This document shows positions 10,053 to 20,050 of a DNA stretch of 64,000 nucleotides, one piece after another. The position numbers were made by a program, and so were the translations under genes. Every line of letters begins with the position of its first letter. Within the stretch, counting starts at the first letter, position 1. A model generated the notes under the pieces. It searched no databases and was not told the DNA's origin. It saw only the letters and a list, made by a program, of their open reading frames with translations. Source of the DNA: Patescibacteria group bacterium (GTDB lineage: Bacteria; Patescibacteriota; Patescibacteriia; Patescibacteriales; XYC2-FULL-47-12); NCBI GenBank assembly GCA_041652935.1, contig JBAZGH010000001.1:7393-71392 (forward strand), written 5' to 3'.

Positions 10053-11048
10053 ATGTTAGATTTTTTAAAAGATAAAACTATTTTAGTAACCGGAGGAACT
10101 GGCTCTTTTGGCAAAAATTTTGTTAAGTATTTATTAAAAAATTCTGAGGTAAAAAAAATTATTATTTTTAGTCGTGATGAATTAAAACAATCACAAATGC
10201 AGGCGGAATTAAATAGAGATGATATATTGCGTTTTTTTGTTGGTGATGTGCGTGATTTAGGGCGTTTACAAAGAGCGTTCCGTGGCGTGGATATTATCAT
10301 CCATGCCGCCGCGCTTAAACAAGTGCCGACTTTAGAATATAATCCATTTGAAGCTGTTAAAACAAATATTCTTGGAAGTCAAAATGTTATTGATGCCGCC
10401 ATAGATCAAAAAGTGGAAAAAGTAATATTAATATCCACAGATAAGGCGGCCCAGCCAGCTAATTTATATGGATCCACCAAGCATTGCGCGGAAAGGCTAT
10501 TCGTTAGTGGTAATTCTTATGCCAACAGACAAACTAAATTTTCCTGCGTGCGTTATGGCAACGTAATCGGTAGCCGCGGAAGTATTATTGAAACTTTATT
10601 AAAAAAGGCTTCGCAAGAAAAAATATCAATTACCGATGAGCGGATGACTAGATTTTGGATTACGCTTGAGCAGAGTTTTGAATTAGTAATATTTGCCTTA
10701 GCTAATATGGGGGGTGGAGAAATTTTTATTCCCAAAATACCAAGTATGAAATTAGTAGATATTTTTGACTCCATTGCGCCGAATGCGAGAAGAGAAATTA
10801 TTGGTATTCGACCGGGGGAAAAATTACATGAAGTTTTACTGACATTAGAAGAAGCCAGGCATGCGGTCGATTTTGGGGAGGTTTTTATTATTTTACCTGA
10901 ATATAATTTTTTTAATGTTGGCATGTTTGATAAATACTTTAAAACAGGAAAAGAATTAGATTTAAACTTTATTTATGCCAGTGACAATAATAATAATTGG
11001 TTGACTAAGGATGAATTAATAAAAATTATTAATAATCAATCTAAATGA
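10053..11048 (+). CDS. pseB: UDP-GlcNAc 4,6-dehydratase (inverting) PseB
   Basis: TGGTGSFG, SRDELKQ, AALKQVP, NLYGSTK, MTRFWITL, GIRPGEKLHE. Confidence 0.92.
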   Translation: MLDFLKDKTILVTGGTGSFGKNFVKYLLKNSEVKKIIIFSRDELKQSQMQAELNRDDILRFFVGDVRDLGRLQRAFRGVDIIIHAAALKQVPTLEYNPFEAVKTNILGSQNVIDAAIDQKVEKVILISTDKAAQPANLYGSTKHCAERLFVSGNSYANRQTKFSCVRYGNVIGSRGSIIETLLKKASQEKISITDERMTRFWITLEQSFELVIFALANMGGGEIFIPKIPSMKLVDIFDSIAPNARREIIGIRPGEKLHEVLLTLEEARHAVDFGEVFIILPEYNFFNVGMFDKYFKTGKELDLNFIYASDNNNNWLTKDELIKIINNQSK

Positions 11049-12157
11049 TACCCTATGGACGCCAAAATTTAAATAAAGATGATATTGATTTAGTAGTTAA
11101 AGCATTAAAATCAGATTGGCTTACACAAGGCCCGAAAATTTTAGAATTTGAGAAAGCGCTAGCTAAATATTGCGGAGCTAAATACGCAGCAACTGTTTCT
11201 AGCGGGACAGCCGCACTACACCTAGCTTATTTAACAGCTGATTTTAAAAAGGGAGATGAAGTAATAACTACACCAAATACTTTTGTAGCTACATCAAATA
11301 TGCTGTTAGCCGTTCATGTTAAGCCGGTATTTTGTGATATTAGAGAAGATACTTATAATATTGATGAAAGTAAAATAGAAAAATTAATTACTAGTAAGAC
11401 AAAAGCGATTGTTCCAGTTCATTTTGCTGGACATTCTTGCGAGATGAGAAAAATAAAAAAAATTGCTAAAAAATATAATTTAATAATTATCGAGGACGCC
11501 TGTCATGCGTTAGGTGGAAAATATAAAAATATAAAAATTGGTAGTTGCAAATTTTCTGATATGGCGGTTTTTAGTTTTCATGCTGTAAAACCCATTACCA
11601 CGGGAGAGGGCGGAGCAATCTTAACTAATAACAAGAAATATTATGAAAAATTAATTTCTTTGCGCAGCCATGGAATTCATAAAGATAAAAATGGTAAAAA
11701 TATCATGACAGCGTTAGGATATAATTATCGAATTACCGATTTTCAAGCCGCCCTAGGTATAAATCAACTAAAAAAATTAGATTTTTTTATAAAAAAAAGA
11801 AAAGAAGTTGCGGCATGGTACAAAAAAGAATTAAGTGTATTAAAAGAAATTATTTTGCCGCAAGAAAAAAAAGATTGTTATAGCGGTTGGCATATTTATG
11901 TCATTAGAGTAAAAAATAAAAAAAATAAAGATGGCTTAATGAAATATTTAAGACAAAATGGCATAGGGGTTAATTTTCATTATCCGGCGGTTTACACCCA
12001 CCCCTATTACCAAAAAATAGGCTATCAAAATCTGCGTTTAAAATGCGTGGAAGAATATAACAATACCTGCGTCACCTTGCCTTGCCATACTCTATTGTCA
12101 AGAAAAGATATAGGGTACATAGGGGAATTAGTTAAAAATTATTTTAAAATTAAATAA
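11045..12157 (+). CDS. pseC: PseC aminotransferase
   Basis: MIPYGRQ..SDWLTQGP start, SFHAVKPITTGEGG, directly after pseB. Confidence 0.9.
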   Translation: MIPYGRQNLNKDDIDLVVKALKSDWLTQGPKILEFEKALAKYCGAKYAATVSSGTAALHLAYLTADFKKGDEVITTPNTFVATSNMLLAVHVKPVFCDIREDTYNIDESKIEKLITSKTKAIVPVHFAGHSCEMRKIKKIAKKYNLIIIEDACHALGGKYKNIKIGSCKFSDMAVFSFHAVKPITTGEGGAILTNNKKYYEKLISLRSHGIHKDKNGKNIMTALGYNYRITDFQAALGINQLKKLDFFIKKRKEVAAWYKKELSVLKEIILPQEKKDCYSGWHIYVIRVKNKKNKDGLMKYLRQNGIGVNFHYPAVYTHPYYQKIGYQNLRLKCVEEYNNTCVTLPCHTLLSRKDIGYIGELVKNYFKIK

Positions 12158-12164
12158 ATTTATT

Positions 12165-13166
12165 ATGGATTATAATATTAAAAAAGAAATAAATCAATTT
12201 ATTTATAAATACCAAAAAGAAGATGTTAATGAGAAGTTGGGAAAAATTTTAGGGGATGATTTTAAAAAATATCGGAATGATTTTAATAAAACTCAGAATT
12301 ACCATGAAACAAAATTTATACCTGATTTTCCCATAACGATTTCATTAGAATTGGTCAATAGATGTAATTTGGATTGCATAATGTGTCTAGAAAATCAACA
12401 TACTCAGCCAAAATCACAACTAAGTTTAGATGATATAAAAAGGATTTTAGATGAAAGCCAGAAAAATAATATGCCATCTATTGAACTAGGACTAGGGTCG
12501 GAGGTGATGATGTATAAAGATATTCAGGAAGTAGTTATGCTTGTTAAAAAAGCTGGTATTTTAGATGTATTTTTTAGCACTAACGGCATATTATTAAATG
12601 ACGAAATAATTCGAGCAATTATTGATAATAAAATTACCCGAATAAAAATATCATTAGACGCCGCTACTGAAGAAACTTATAAAAAAATAAGGCGTAGAGC
12701 CCCCTCATTAAAAATAACTGAAGACAATATTAAAAAAATAATCGCTTGGAAAAAGAAGAAAAATAGTCCGATTCCTGTAATTCGCCTTAGTTTTATAATA
12801 ATGGATATTAATAAGCATGAAATAAAACAGTTTATAGATAAATGGAAAGACGAAGTTGATTATATAGATTTCCAAAAACTCATTGATTTTTCACATGTTG
12901 GTAAAACGGTGTTACTTGATGAAGTTAAACAAGAAGTAATTAAAGATTCTTTTTGCGCCTATCCTTTCTATAGCTTAAATATTTGGGCTAATGGAGATGT
13001 AAGCCCGTGTTGCACTTTTTATGGAAAGGACTTGATTATGGGGAATATTCATCAGCAAACCCTGAAAGAAATATGGAATAGTAAAAAAATGAAATTAATT
13101 CGTGAACAGCTTTATTCTAAAAAATTCAATCCAATTTGTCAAAAATGTTTATATTTTAGAGATTAA
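12165..13166 (+). CDS. radical SAM/SPASM-domain protein
   Basis: CNLDCIMC and C-terminal CAYP..G.VSPCC..GN..C..C. Confidence 0.88.
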   Translation: MDYNIKKEINQFIYKYQKEDVNEKLGKILGDDFKKYRNDFNKTQNYHETKFIPDFPITISLELVNRCNLDCIMCLENQHTQPKSQLSLDDIKRILDESQKNNMPSIELGLGSEVMMYKDIQEVVMLVKKAGILDVFFSTNGILLNDEIIRAIIDNKITRIKISLDAATEETYKKIRRRAPSLKITEDNIKKIIAWKKKKNSPIPVIRLSFIIMDINKHEIKQFIDKWKDEVDYIDFQKLIDFSHVGKTVLLDEVKQEVIKDSFCAYPFYSLNIWANGDVSPCCTFYGKDLIMGNIHQQTLKEIWNSKKMKLIREQLYSKKFNPICQKCLYFRD

Positions 13167-13218
13167 AATTAATAGATGGTAGTTTTTAAACTAAAAATTT
13201 AATTGTAAAATAAGCACT

Positions 13219-14160
13219 ATGAATATATTAATAGTTGGTTTTGGCTCAATTGGACAAAGGCATTATAAAAATTTATTAATGCTGGGTTTTAAAGATATCT
13301 ATATTTACGACACCGATAGCGCAAAAATTAATAATAAAAATTTCAAAGTAATAAAGAAATTTGATAAAAAAAGTTTAGAAATATTTGACATAGCCTTTAT
13401 CTGTAACCCCAATAATAAGCACATTAATTCAGCGATTAAATGCGCGGAAGCAGGCTGTCATTTATTTATTGAAAAACCTCTTTCGCATACTTTGCAAGAT
13501 ATTGATAAACTACAAAAAATTTGTCAGAGTAAAAAACTAATAACTATGATTGGTTGTAATATGCGTTTTCATCCGTGTTTAAAATTTATCAAAAATTATT
13601 TAAATAAAAATAAATTGGGTAAAATATACAGCGTCCATCATGAATTCGGCCATTATTTGCCATATTGGCGAGTTGGGCAGGATTATCGTAAAAATTATGC
13701 CGTTAAAAAATCTACCGGTGGCGGAATTATTTTAGACGATATACACGAATTTGATTTATTATTTTGGTTTAACGATTTTAAAAAAATAAAAAATTCAAAA
13801 TTTATTTATAATAAATTAAGTAATCTAGAAATTAAAACAGAGGATTTCTGTTTAGCTGTTTTTCAATTTACTAATAAAATTATTGGCTCTGTACAATGTG
13901 ATTATTTACAACAAAATTATACTAGAAATTGTAAAATTATAGGCGTTAAGGGAAATTTAGAGTGGGACTTCAATGAAAATGTTGTTTGGTTAAAAAACAA
14001 ACAAAATGAGAAAAAATTATTTGCGGTTGATAATTTTAATTTTAATAAAGTTTATTTAGAAGAAATAAAATATTTTTTTAGTTGTATTTCTAAGAAAAAA
14101 GAAACTTTTAATGATACAAAAATTGCTTATGGAGTCTTGAAGTATTGTATAAATAGATAA
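13219..14160 (+). CDS. Gfo/Idh/MocA oxidoreductase
   Basis: GFGSIG, IEKP, GGG...DDIHEFD. Confidence 0.88.
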   Translation: MNILIVGFGSIGQRHYKNLLMLGFKDIYIYDTDSAKINNKNFKVIKKFDKKSLEIFDIAFICNPNNKHINSAIKCAEAGCHLFIEKPLSHTLQDIDKLQKICQSKKLITMIGCNMRFHPCLKFIKNYLNKNKLGKIYSVHHEFGHYLPYWRVGQDYRKNYAVKKSTGGGIILDDIHEFDLLFWFNDFKKIKNSKFIYNKLSNLEIKTEDFCLAVFQFTNKIIGSVQCDYLQQNYTRNCKIIGVKGNLEWDFNENVVWLKNKQNEKKLFAVDNFNFNKVYLEEIKYFFSCISKKKETFNDTKIAYGVLKYCINR

Positions 14161-14163
14161 AAT

Positions 14164-14955
14164 ATGAAAAAAAATAAACAAAAAAACCTATGCATAATCC
14201 AAGCCCGTTATGGATCGACTCGTTTACCGGGCAAAGTTTTAAAGAAGGTTGATGGGCTTACTTTACTTGAATATGAAATAATTAGAGTTAAGCAGGCGAA
14301 AAAAATTGATAAAATTGTCATAGCAACCACTAAAAATAAATCCGACAAGAAAATTGAAGAATTATGCCAAAGAATAAAAATAGATTGTTTTTGCGGTTCA
14401 GAAAATGACGTATTAGATCGTTACTATCAATGTTCCTTGGAATACCCCGAATATAAAAATGTTATTCGGATTACTGGAGATTGTCCATTAATTGATCCGG
14501 TGATAATTGATAAAGTCATTAGTTTTTTTACCAAGAGAAAGCTTGATTATACTAGTAATATTGAGTTAGATACTTTTCCTGACGGTATGGATGTAGAAAT
14601 TTTTAAAAAAGACATTTTAATTGAAACTGCTAAAAGAGCTAAATTACCCTCAGAACGAGAACATGTTACTTATTATATCCGAAAAAATAAAAAATATAAA
14701 AAAGGAAATTTAACCGCGTGTAATAACTGGTCTCATTTTCGCTTAACAGTCGATGAACCAATTGATTTTGAGGTTATAAAATTTTTAATTAAAAATAGTA
14801 AAATTACTGATGGATACTTAGATTATATCTCGCTTTTAACTAAGAATCCAAAAGTAATGCTTAGTAATATTAATATTATTAGAAATGAGTGGAAATTAAA
14901 AGCTTTAAAAGAAGACGGAGAATTTAAAAAACAATATGCCAAAAAAATTCACTAA
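14164..14955 (+). CDS. SpsF-like cytidylyltransferase
   Basis: QARYGSTRLPGKV, GSENDVLDRY, RITGDCP, REHVT, RLTVD. Confidence 0.88.
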   Translation: MKKNKQKNLCIIQARYGSTRLPGKVLKKVDGLTLLEYEIIRVKQAKKIDKIVIATTKNKSDKKIEELCQRIKIDCFCGSENDVLDRYYQCSLEYPEYKNVIRITGDCPLIDPVIIDKVISFFTKRKLDYTSNIELDTFPDGMDVEIFKKDILIETAKRAKLPSEREHVTYYIRKNKKYKKGNLTACNNWSHFRLTVDEPIDFEVIKFLIKNSKITDGYLDYISLLTKNPKVMLSNINIIRNEWKLKALKEDGEFKKQYAKKIH

Positions 14956-16225
14956 AAGTCAACAATTATTTAATAAAACTAGCAAAAGTATACCTCTTGC
15001 TTCGCAAACTTTTTCCAAAAGTTATTTGCAATATGTGAGAGGGCAGGCACCTTTATTTATCACACATGGCAGTGGTTCTCACGTTTGGGATGTTGACGGC
15101 AACAAATATGTGGATATGATAAACGGCTTATTGCCAGTAATTTTAGGATATCAATATAAAGCAGTTGATGATGCGATAAAAAATCAGCTAAATAAAGGAA
15201 TAATTTTTTCTCTGCCGTCCCCATTAGAATGTGAATTAGCTAGAATTTTGATTAAGCATATCCCTTGCGCTGAGATGGTCCGTTTTGGCAAAAACGGCTC
15301 CGATGTTACTTCTGGCGCAGTAAGGTTGGCACGGGCAATAACAGGTCGCAGTCATATTGCTTGTTGCGGTTATCATGGTTGGCATGATTGGTATATAGGG
15401 ACTACTGTTAGAAATTTAGGTGTGCCGAAAGAAACACAAAAATTGACCCATAGTTTTAAATATAATGATGTGGATTCTTTAAAAGAAGTTTTTAGAAAAA
15501 ATAAGAATAGAATTGCAGCTGTAATTATGGAACCGATGAACTATGTTGATTTACGGCCTGGATTTTTACAGCAGGTAAAGAAAATAACGCACGACAAAGG
15601 CGCCTTATTGATTTTTGATGAAATTATAACCGGTTTCAGGTATGATTTGGGGGGAGCGCAAAAATTATTCAGAATAACTCCAGATTTAGCAACTTTTGGG
15701 AAGGCAATGGCAAATGGCATGCCAATTGCCGCATTGGTCGGCAAAAAAAAATATATGAAACACGCTGAAGATATCTTTTACTCGTTTACTATGGGGGGCG
15801 AGGCATTATCTTTGGCAGCGGCAATAGCAACTATTAAAGAACTTGAACAGAAAAAAGTTATAAAGTATATTTGGAAACTTGGGAAATATTTGCAGGATAA
15901 TACCAATAATTTTTTGAAAGAAAATAAATTAGATGAGATTATAAAGGTGCGGGGAAAACCTTGTTGGCAGGTATTTATTATCAAGCCATCAGGAAAATTT
16001 AGCGATCTGGAAATAAAAAGCTACTTGCAGCAGGAAATACTACAGGCAGGATTTTTATGGTATGGACAGCATAATATGAGTTTCAGCCATACAAAAAAAG
16101 ATATGGACAGATTATTAGGAGTTTATAAAAAAGTATTTAAAAATTTAAAGGGGTTAATTGATAGTGGAAGATTAAGGGGGGAATTGAGAGGGCAACCGAT
16201 AACTAATATTTTTAAGGTTAGGTAA
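14936..16225 (+). CDS. class III PLP aminotransferase (glutamate-1-semialdehyde aminomutase-like)
   Basis: WDVDGNKYVD, KNGSD, YHGW, FDEIITGFR, FGKAMANG. Confidence 0.88.
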   Translation: MPKKFTKSQQLFNKTSKSIPLASQTFSKSYLQYVRGQAPLFITHGSGSHVWDVDGNKYVDMINGLLPVILGYQYKAVDDAIKNQLNKGIIFSLPSPLECELARILIKHIPCAEMVRFGKNGSDVTSGAVRLARAITGRSHIACCGYHGWHDWYIGTTVRNLGVPKETQKLTHSFKYNDVDSLKEVFRKNKNRIAAVIMEPMNYVDLRPGFLQQVKKITHDKGALLIFDEIITGFRYDLGGAQKLFRITPDLATFGKAMANGMPIAALVGKKKYMKHAEDIFYSFTMGGEALSLAAAIATIKELEQKKVIKYIWKLGKYLQDNTNNFLKENKLDEIIKVRGKPCWQVFIIKPSGKFSDLEIKSYLQQEILQAGFLWYGQHNMSFSHTKKDMDRLLGVYKKVFKNLKGLIDSGRLRGELRGQPITNIFKVR

Positions 16226-16226
16226 T

Positions 16227-16838
16227 ATGAATTCAACTAAGGTGTTATTTATTTTAGGTGGTGGATTAGTAAAAAAAGATAATAAATGGAGAACTACCAA
16301 TTTCAAGGAAGGAGATAAATTTGGCGCTTCAGGCGATAGGTTAAGGGTGGTGGCTGGAAGCTGTTTATATAAAAATAATTCAGAATATTTAATAATAACA
16401 TCAGGCGGCAAGGGGCAATATAAAAACGTTCCAAATTCTCTAACTGTAGCCGAGGTAATGAGACGAGAATTATTAGAGCTAGGCGTATTAGAGGAGACAA
16501 TAATAAAGGAAGAGGAATCTAGCAATACTTGGGAGCAATTACAACAGTTAAAAAAGATTATTCAAAAAGAAAATTTTATTAAAATAAAAATTCTTTCCAG
16601 TAGATATCATTTACCACGTGTGCGGGCGATGATTGAAGTTGATGGCAGATTAAATGAAATATTTAAAAAAGAAGTATTAGAATTAGTTTCTGCTGAAGAA
16701 ATTTTAATTAAACACAATGAAAATAAGTGGAAGAATTTTATTGAAAAAGCATATTCAAGCGAGGCTATGAAAAAAAGAATTACTTTAGAAAAACAGGGGA
16801 TTAAACAAATTAAAAACGGTACTTATAGTTTAAAATAA
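16227..16838 (+). CDS. YdcF/DUF218 (ElyC-like) protein
   Basis: ILGGG, R, ITSGG.G, AEVM, EEESSNTWE, SSRYHLPR. Confidence 0.8.
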   Translation: MNSTKVLFILGGGLVKKDNKWRTTNFKEGDKFGASGDRLRVVAGSCLYKNNSEYLIITSGGKGQYKNVPNSLTVAEVMRRELLELGVLEETIIKEEESSNTWEQLQQLKKIIQKENFIKIKILSSRYHLPRVRAMIEVDGRLNEIFKKEVLELVSAEEILIKHNENKWKNFIEKAYSSEAMKKRITLEKQGIKQIKNGTYSLK

Positions 16839-16840
16839 TT

Positions 16841-17905
16841 ATGAAATATATTGAAATTAAAACTCCTAAAGGAAAAAGAAAAATTGGTCCAGGCCAGCCA
16901 GTATTTATAATCGCTGAAATGTCCGGTAATCACAACCAATCTTTTGCGCGCGCCAAGAAAATAATTGATGCCGCGGTTGACGCTGGAGTTGATGCAATAA
17001 AGCTGCAAACTTATACCGCCGATACAATGACGATAGATTGCGATAAAAAATATTTCCAAGTAAAAGTTAATGACGCGTGGAAAGGGCAAAGTTTATATCA
17101 ATTATATAAAAAAGCTTACACGCCATGGAAGTGGCAACCAAAATTAAAAAAATATGCGGAAAGTAAGGGTTTAGTTTGTTTTTCTACTCCTTTTGATGAA
17201 ACTGCAGTTGATTTTTTGGAAAAGATGAACGTACAACTTTATAAAATTGCCTCATTTGAAGTAGTTGATATTCCATTACTTAAAAAAATTGGAAAAACTA
17301 GAAAGCCAGTAATTATGTCACGTGGCATGGCTTCAATTGAAGAAATTAAGCTGGCGGTTAAGACGCTGAAAGATAATGGCGCGCCACATGTCGCAGTTCT
17401 CCATTGTGTAAGTTCATATCCAGCTAAATCGGAACAAATGAACTTAGCTACTATTCCAGATATTACTAAAAAGTTTAAAGTAATATCCGGTTTATCTGAT
17501 CATACCTTAGGAATCGTTGCATCCTTAATTTCCGTAGCTTTAGGCGCCTGCATCATTGAAAAACATTTTACTTTACGTAGGTCTGACGGAGGTCCAGACG
17601 CTAATTTTTCTTTAGAGCCGAATGAATTAAAAGAATTAGTTAAAAATGTGAGAGAATCAGAAAAAGCTATTGGTAAGCCAAATTATGTAATCAAAGGATC
17701 AGATGAGCAAAAAATGAGAAATTATCGAAGATCTCTCTTTGTTGTTAAGGAAATTAAGAAAGGAAATTTAATAACTTATGAAAATGTCAAATCAATTCGT
17801 CCTAGTTATGGACTGCCACCTAAGTATTTAGACAAAGTTATTAAGAAAAGAGCTAGCAAGGATTTAAGTATTGGCACCCCCTTATCTTTTAATTTAATAA
17901 AATAA
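16841..17905 (+). CDS. pseI: pseudaminic acid synthase
   Basis: IIAEMSGNHN, KLQTYTADT, AYTPW.W, GLSDHT, GGPDA.FSLEP, SIRP. Confidence 0.92.
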   Translation: MKYIEIKTPKGKRKIGPGQPVFIIAEMSGNHNQSFARAKKIIDAAVDAGVDAIKLQTYTADTMTIDCDKKYFQVKVNDAWKGQSLYQLYKKAYTPWKWQPKLKKYAESKGLVCFSTPFDETAVDFLEKMNVQLYKIASFEVVDIPLLKKIGKTRKPVIMSRGMASIEEIKLAVKTLKDNGAPHVAVLHCVSSYPAKSEQMNLATIPDITKKFKVISGLSDHTLGIVASLISVALGACIIEKHFTLRRSDGGPDANFSLEPNELKELVKNVRESEKAIGKPNYVIKGSDEQKMRNYRRSLFVVKEIKKGNLITYENVKSIRPSYGLPPKYLDKVIKKRASKDLSIGTPLSFNLIK

Positions 17906-17911
17906 AATTAA

Positions 17912-18700
17912 ATGTCAGAAAAAAAAGTAAAAAAAATTCATAATTTTTGGAATGAACGCGCCAAAGAGCATAAAACAAGTTATTTAGCTACAGTACCAGA
18001 TAAATTCTTAAAAGAATTAGAGATTAAAAATATTTTGAAATATATTCCTAAGAAAAAAATTAAAGTCGTTGATATTGGTTGTGGTAATGGATTTTCTACT
18101 ATTGCTTTTGCCAAAGAAAGACAAGCTGATTTTTTAGGAGTTGATTATTCAGAAAATATGATTGAGCAGGCTCAAAAAATATTACTTCAACGCAAAAAAA
18201 AAATCAAAGGAAAGGTACGATTTATATCGGGTAATATTTTAAATTTAAATTTTTTATCGCCAGCTACTCATGATATTGTATCAACCGATCGTTGTTTAAT
18301 AAATTTAGTCTCTTTATCAGATCAAAAAAAAGCAATTAAGGAAATATCAAGAGTATTAAAAAAGGGCGGTAAGTATATAATGTGCGAAGATACCAAGGAA
18401 GGATTAAGGAAACTTAATGAATTACGTATTTTGGCTGGTCTTGAAGCTATTCCTAATCATTGGCATAATTTATACTTAAATGAAAAAGAATTGCTACCAT
18501 ATATAGAAAGATATTTTAAAATTATTAAAATTGATAATTTTTCCAGCTTATATTATATTGCTTCCCGTATTTTCAATGCCGTATCAGCAATAGATATAAA
18601 AACCCCCAATTATTTAAGCGTTATTAATAAAACAGCTACTAAACTGCCTTCAATTGGAGATTATTCACCTTTAAAAATATTTTATTTAGAGAAAAAATAA
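17912..18700 (+). CDS. class I SAM-dependent methyltransferase
   Basis: VDIGCGNG, GVDYS, RVLKKGG. Confidence 0.85.
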   Translation: MSEKKVKKIHNFWNERAKEHKTSYLATVPDKFLKELEIKNILKYIPKKKIKVVDIGCGNGFSTIAFAKERQADFLGVDYSENMIEQAQKILLQRKKKIKGKVRFISGNILNLNFLSPATHDIVSTDRCLINLVSLSDQKKAIKEISRVLKKGGKYIMCEDTKEGLRKLNELRILAGLEAIPNHWHNLYLNEKELLPYIERYFKIIKIDNFSSLYYIASRIFNAVSAIDIKTPNYLSVINKTATKLPSIGDYSPLKIFYLEKK

Positions 18701-18703
18701 TAC

Positions 18704-19375
18704 ATGAATTATGTTATTGCCAGTATAAAATCATGGAATGAAGATAATTATAAAATTTTTTTTGATAAGAGTAAAAATTTTTATTTGATAACTAATAAAA
18801 AAGATTTAACATTTGCTAAATTAAAAAAAATAAATCCTAAATATATTTTTATTCCACATTGGTCTTGGATAATACCGGAAAGTATCTGGAGTAATTTTAA
18901 TTGCGTAGTTTTTCATATGACTGATTTGCCATATGGGCGCGGTGGCACTCCCTTGCAAAATTTAATTTTGCGTGGTCATAAAACCACAAAAATATCAGCT
19001 ATTAAAGTTAACAGAGGGATTGACACGGGAAATATTTATTTGAAAGAAAGTTTAAGCTTAAATGGAAGCGCTGAAGAGATTTATCAACGTGCATCAAAGA
19101 TTATTTTTAATAAAATGATTCCTAAAATTATAAAAAATAATCCAATTCCAAAGAAACAATGCGGAAAAATTGTAAAATTTAATCGCAGAAAACCAGGACA
19201 AAGCGAGATTTCCTCAGGCATGAATTTAAAAAAAGTTTATGATCAAATTAGGATGTTGGATGCGGAAGATTACCCCAGAGCATATTTAAAGACTAAAAAA
19301 TTGAAATTTAATTTTTCTAAAGCTCAATTAAAAAATAAAAAATTAATTGCTAATGTTGAAATATATGAAGAATAA
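18704..19375 (+). CDS. formyltransferase (Fmt-like, sugar N-formyltransferase type)
   Basis: PHWSW, FHMTDLPYGRGGTPLQN, GIDTG, IRMLDAE.YP. Confidence 0.85.
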   Translation: MNYVIASIKSWNEDNYKIFFDKSKNFYLITNKKDLTFAKLKKINPKYIFIPHWSWIIPESIWSNFNCVVFHMTDLPYGRGGTPLQNLILRGHKTTKISAIKVNRGIDTGNIYLKESLSLNGSAEEIYQRASKIIFNKMIPKIIKNNPIPKKQCGKIVKFNRRKPGQSEISSGMNLKKVYDQIRMLDAEDYPRAYLKTKKLKFNFSKAQLKNKKLIANVEIYEE

Positions 19376-20042
19376 TATTTTAGTAATAGCTGCCCATCCT
19401 GATGACGAAATATTAGGCATAGGCGGTACAATTTTAAAGCATATTAAAAACGGTGATCAAGTTAGCATCTTAATCCTAGGGGATGGTGAAAGTTCAAGAA
19501 TGAGTGCGACTGCGGTTGATATTGCAAAAAGAAAAGAACAAGTTAAAGAAGTAGCTAAAAAATTAAAAATTAAAAATATTTTTATTGATGAATTACCTGA
19601 TAATAAATTTGATTCAGTAAGTTTGCTAGAAATAATTAAAAAAATAGAAACTATAATAAATAAGATAAAACCAAATATTATTTATACACATCATGCGCAT
19701 GATTTAAACATTGATCATTGTTTGACTTTTCAAGCAGTGTTAACTGTTTGTCGACCTCAGCCAGATTTTTTTGTGAAAAAAATATTAACCTTTGAAACTT
19801 TATCTTCAACCGAATGGCAAATTAAAAATGGACAAAATAATTTTTGTCCAAACGAATATGTTAATATTGAAAAATTTATTAATAAAAAAATTGAAATTTT
19901 AGAGATATACAAAGATGAATTGAGAGATTGCCCTCATCCTCGTTCGATTGAAGGTGTAAAAGTTTTAGCCAAATATAGAGGAATGGAAGTCGGTTATAAA
20001 TACGCTGAAGCTTTTCAAGTAATTAGAAACTTAAATGATTAA
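19365..20042 (+). CDS. PIG-L/LmbE-family N-deacetylase
   Basis: AAHPDDE..G.GGT, YTH..D..DH, YAEAF. ATG at 19365 preferred. Confidence 0.9.
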   Translation: MKNNILVIAAHPDDEILGIGGTILKHIKNGDQVSILILGDGESSRMSATAVDIAKRKEQVKEVAKKLKIKNIFIDELPDNKFDSVSLLEIIKKIETIINKIKPNIIYTHHAHDLNIDHCLTFQAVLTVCRPQPDFFVKKILTFETLSSTEWQIKNGQNNFCPNEYVNIEKFINKKIEILEIYKDELRDCPHPRSIEGVKVLAKYRGMEVGYKYAEAFQVIRNLND

Positions 20043-20050
20043 ACAATAAA

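Noticed and set aside
14936-16225. hemL / tetrapyrrole synthesis
   Set aside because: No other hem genes are present, and the gene overlaps an SpsF-like gene within a sugar locus.
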